Shown here: in pieces, positions 61,825 to 64,000 of the stretch | Layout of the letters: every line of letters begins with the position of its first letter | Position numbering within the stretch: position 1 is the stretch's first letter | Assembly (NCBI GenBank): GCA_963729625.1 | Contig: CAVSOU010000014.1 | Span: forward strand, 129,350 to 193,349 | Origin: an uncultured bacterium | Lineage (GTDB): Bacteria; Chloroflexota; UBA5177; JANWHV01 | Direction of reading: 5' to 3' | Length of the DNA stretch: 64,000 nt | The notes under the pieces: generated by a model | Seen by the model: only the letters and a program-made list of their open reading frames with translations | What the model was told of the DNA's origin: nothing | Databases searched by the model: none | Program-made: the position numbers and the translations under genes

Positions 61825-61873
61825 GAAACCTGCCACACAAACGCCCACACGATGCAAACGTGTGGCAGGTTTC
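61825..61873. promoter_or_regulatory. Perfect 14-bp inverted repeat in the divergent STAND/protease intergenic region
   Basis: GAAACCTGCCACAC-21 nt-GTGTGGCAGGTTTC, plus related GCCA-C direct repeats at about 61801, 61812, 61830 and 61842. Confidence 0.65.
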
Positions 61874-61959
61874 GTGGATTGGAGGGTGGCGGTGCAGCAG
61901 AGTTGCATCAGGTGTTTTCATGGCGTGCGCGCTCCTGCAAAGAAGGAGGTCAAGCGAAG

Positions 61960-63264
61960 ATGGTTTCGCGTAGCTCCCGTTTGCTCACGTCACTCGTGCT
62001 CTGGATCTGCGTTGTCCCTCGCAGCGCTCATCCTCTTGCCGCTGGCCCCTTCACATCGCCCACCCCACCAGCCATCCCGCAGGTCCGCGCGTCGATGACG
62101 CTCCCGCAGACTGCGCCATCGACCGACTGGCCCGACCGGCACCAAGACCTGCGTTTGCCGTCCGGCACACACGACGTGGACTATGGACTCCTCCCGCCGC
62201 AGACGATCCTTGGCGAGACGACCCGATTCCCGTCACGGGTGGACCTTAGCCGCTACGCGCCCCCGGTGGGCGACCAGGGCTGGGTGAGCGACTGCGTGGC
62301 CTGGGCCACGATCTACACACTGGCTGGGTGGTACATCAACGAGCAGCACGCCACCGTTGGCTACCTGGCACCGCTCTTCACCTACAGCCAGATCAACGGC
62401 CACCAGGACGAAGGCACCTGGGAGTCGCCCGTGCTCGCGGCGGTCCAGCACGGCATGCTGCCGCTGGCCGACTATCCCCAGGGCAACTATGCCTGGCGCA
62501 GCCAGCCGACCGCCAGACAGCGCGCCTTGGCCCGGCATGTGACTCTCACCGGAATCACCTACTACCCTGGTCAGGCACCACAGATCGGCGATCCACACGA
62601 ATGGGATACCAACCAGCACCGCGTGCGCAGCACCATCGAGACGGTCCTGGCCGCCGGCCACCCCGCACTGATCGGCCTCGCCGTCTACCCCAACCTCTAC
62701 AACGCGACCGCCACGACCGCCTGGATCGCCCCCGTGGCGGCCGATGCTGCCGGCTCATTTGGGGGCCACGAACTTGTCGTGATGGGGTACGACAACGCCG
62801 GTGCCTGGGTCGAGAACTCCTGGGGCACTTCCTGGGGCCTGCATGGCTACGCCGAAATATCCTGGCCCTATCTGGAGGCCGCGGTCAGCAGCATCATCTC
62901 CGTGGCCGCACTCCTCGTCACTGCCGCCCCTCCCACCATTCGCAGGCCTGACACACCCACGATTACTGCTACCGTACTGCGCGACGGTGCGCCGCAGCCA
63001 CGCACGGCTAGCCTGGTCGGCGGCGAGGAGGTCGTCTGGGCCGGCGCCGGCTTCAGGCCTAACGAAGCAGTCTCCCTGCACTGGGACGGCACCGACCACG
63101 GATACGTCACTGCCCTCCCGGACGGCACCTGGAGCCTGGAGTGGTACGACCACCAGCAGCGTGCCGTCAGCGCACACAACATCCGGCCTGCCCCTGGCAC
63201 GTACGTCCTTCGAGCCTGTGACGCGCGCGGCCCCTGCGCCAGCGTGGCGCTGAGCGCCGCATGA
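61960..63264 (+). CDS. Secreted C1 (papain-like) cysteine peptidase with C-terminal Ig-like domain
   Basis: AAGGAGGT RBS; signal peptide; VDL...PVGDQG..SDCVAWA, GGHELVVMGYD, VENSWG..WG..GY; GAGFRPNEAV..HWDG tail. Confidence 0.9.
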   Translation: MVSRSSRLLTSLVLWICVVPRSAHPLAAGPFTSPTPPAIPQVRASMTLPQTAPSTDWPDRHQDLRLPSGTHDVDYGLLPPQTILGETTRFPSRVDLSRYAPPVGDQGWVSDCVAWATIYTLAGWYINEQHATVGYLAPLFTYSQINGHQDEGTWESPVLAAVQHGMLPLADYPQGNYAWRSQPTARQRALARHVTLTGITYYPGQAPQIGDPHEWDTNQHRVRSTIETVLAAGHPALIGLAVYPNLYNATATTAWIAPVAADAAGSFGGHELVVMGYDNAGAWVENSWGTSWGLHGYAEISWPYLEAAVSSIISVAALLVTAAPPTIRRPDTPTITATVLRDGAPQPRTASLVGGEEVVWAGAGFRPNEAVSLHWDGTDHGYVTALPDGTWSLEWYDHQQRAVSAHNIRPAPGTYVLRACDARGPCASVALSAA

Positions 63265-63375
63265 GTGTCGGTGTTGGCGCCCGCCTGCGCCCTGTGCTCT
63301 GGCGAACACGACACCTTCTTGCCATACGAGCACGCACTGCCACAGGAAGATGGGCCGCGAACATGCAGTTGGCGT

Positions 63376-63690
63376 CGCCAGCAGGCGCTCGTCGGGATGG
63401 ATGTGGACGCTGCGTCCCCGTGGGCTGGCCGTGCAGCGGGCCTGCGCGGGACACGAAGGGCAGACGGCTGCCGGGAAGTGGACGGTGCCGCTGGGGGCGA
63501 AGAGCAGCTGTACCTGCTGGGGACAGGTGAGCAGGCCCCGCTCCCAGTCCAGCTGAAAGGCCGTCTTGGGGAAGCGGTCGCCATTGCGCACTGTCCAGGC
63601 CTTGCAATAGACTTCCAGGTCGGCCGGGCGGTCGCGCACCAGGCGGCTACTCAGGTAGGCGCGGTCGATGTGCAGCGCACCCAGCCGGCG
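63376..63690 (-). pseudogene. Internal fragment of an IS1182-like DDE transposase
   Basis: LHIDRAYL...FPKTAF.LDW....LTCP...F.AAVC.SCP..ARCT....GRSV.IHPDERLL; both ends missing. Confidence 0.75.
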
Positions 63691-63915
63691 GGCGTGACGA
63701 ACGTTCGCGTCCACGATCAGCGGCACACTGCCACCTGCCTGATGCTAGACGCTGGCGCCGACCTGAAGGCCGCGAGCGAGGCCCTCGGCCACAGCGATCC
63801 ACGCATCACCATGAAAGTGTACCGGCACGTGCGCGCCGATCAGCGGGCACAGGCACTCACCCTGCTGGCGGGCAGCTTGGCCCCTGTCGAGCTCGCGCAA
63901 GCCGCCTCAGAGTAG
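63691..63915 (+). pseudogene. Tyrosine recombinase (integrase) C-terminal remnant
   Basis: VRVHDQRHTATCLMLDAGADLKAASEALGHSDPRITMKVYRHV (H-x-x-R, LGH, catalytic Tyr); the N-terminus is replaced by the IS fragment. Confidence 0.85.
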
Positions 63916-63931
63916 TGTTTTTCGGGGGCCG

Positions 63932-63951
63932 TAGCACATGAATAGTACATG
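63932..63951 (+). repeat. Tandem direct repeats, candidate integrase arm-type sites
   Basis: TAGCACATG(63932) and TAGTACATG(63943), 11-bp period, just downstream of the integrase stub. Confidence 0.5.
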
Positions 63952-63958
63952 GGCACAA

Positions 63959-63995
63959 AAATGACCCTCCATACGACTGATCTGGAGGGTCATTT
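63959..63995. terminator. Bidirectional intrinsic terminator hairpin
   Basis: AAATGACCCTCCA-11 nt-TGGAGGGTCATTT (13-bp stem) with A/T runs at the stem base. Confidence 0.8.
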
Positions 63996-64000
63996 ACTCT

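Larger units (their letters stand above)
47336..64000. mobile_element. Putative decayed tRNA-integrated genomic island (right end beyond the window)
   Basis: att-like site at left; integrase stub, arm-like repeats and terminator at right; transposase remnants, many gene fragments and no core genes inside. Confidence 0.65.

Noticed and set aside
63265-63915. 216-aa ORF as an intact integrase
   Set aside because: Only the last ~74 codons are integrase; the rest is the antisense of an IS1182-like fragment plus another stub.

Overview
GC-rich bacterial chromosomal segment; the gene content (DUF6391-like protein, TIGR03663-type GT-C with NHL repeats, USP-GpgS fusion, XRE-nSTAND1-WD40) suggests Chloroflexota or a related terrabacterial lineage, which is an inference. 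Positions 1-47.2 kb are mostly core genome: gyrB-gyrA, recX, aroF, polX, uxaA, map, lipB, tyrA, yebC-ruvC-ruvA, two trkA, queA, fmt, tatA-tatC, an acyl-CoA carboxylase beta subunit, a FliA/WhiG sigma factor, ruvB and mtaB. This part also holds three GT-C glycosyltransferases, a five-gene amino-sugar cluster, and an unannotated ~177-nt rod-like RNA resembling 6S RNA (2922-3098). From 47336 to the window end lies what appears to be a decaying tRNA-anchored island. It has a degenerate tRNA 3'-end copy on the left and an integrase stub, arm-like repeats and a terminator on the right, which predicts a minus-strand tRNA just past 64000. Its cargo includes MFS-MarR-MBL, two paralogous secreted proteins of a family I do not recognise (one with an in-frame TAA), DedA-SRPBCC-hypothetical, and many short gene fragments. 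The best candidate for an undescribed system is also there: an XRE-nSTAND1-TM-14xWD40 protein, followed by an orphan MalE-like binding protein and divergent from a secreted papain-like protease across a palindromic site. No CRISPR array, rRNA or complete tRNA was seen. All calls come from motif recognition by eye; no searches were run.
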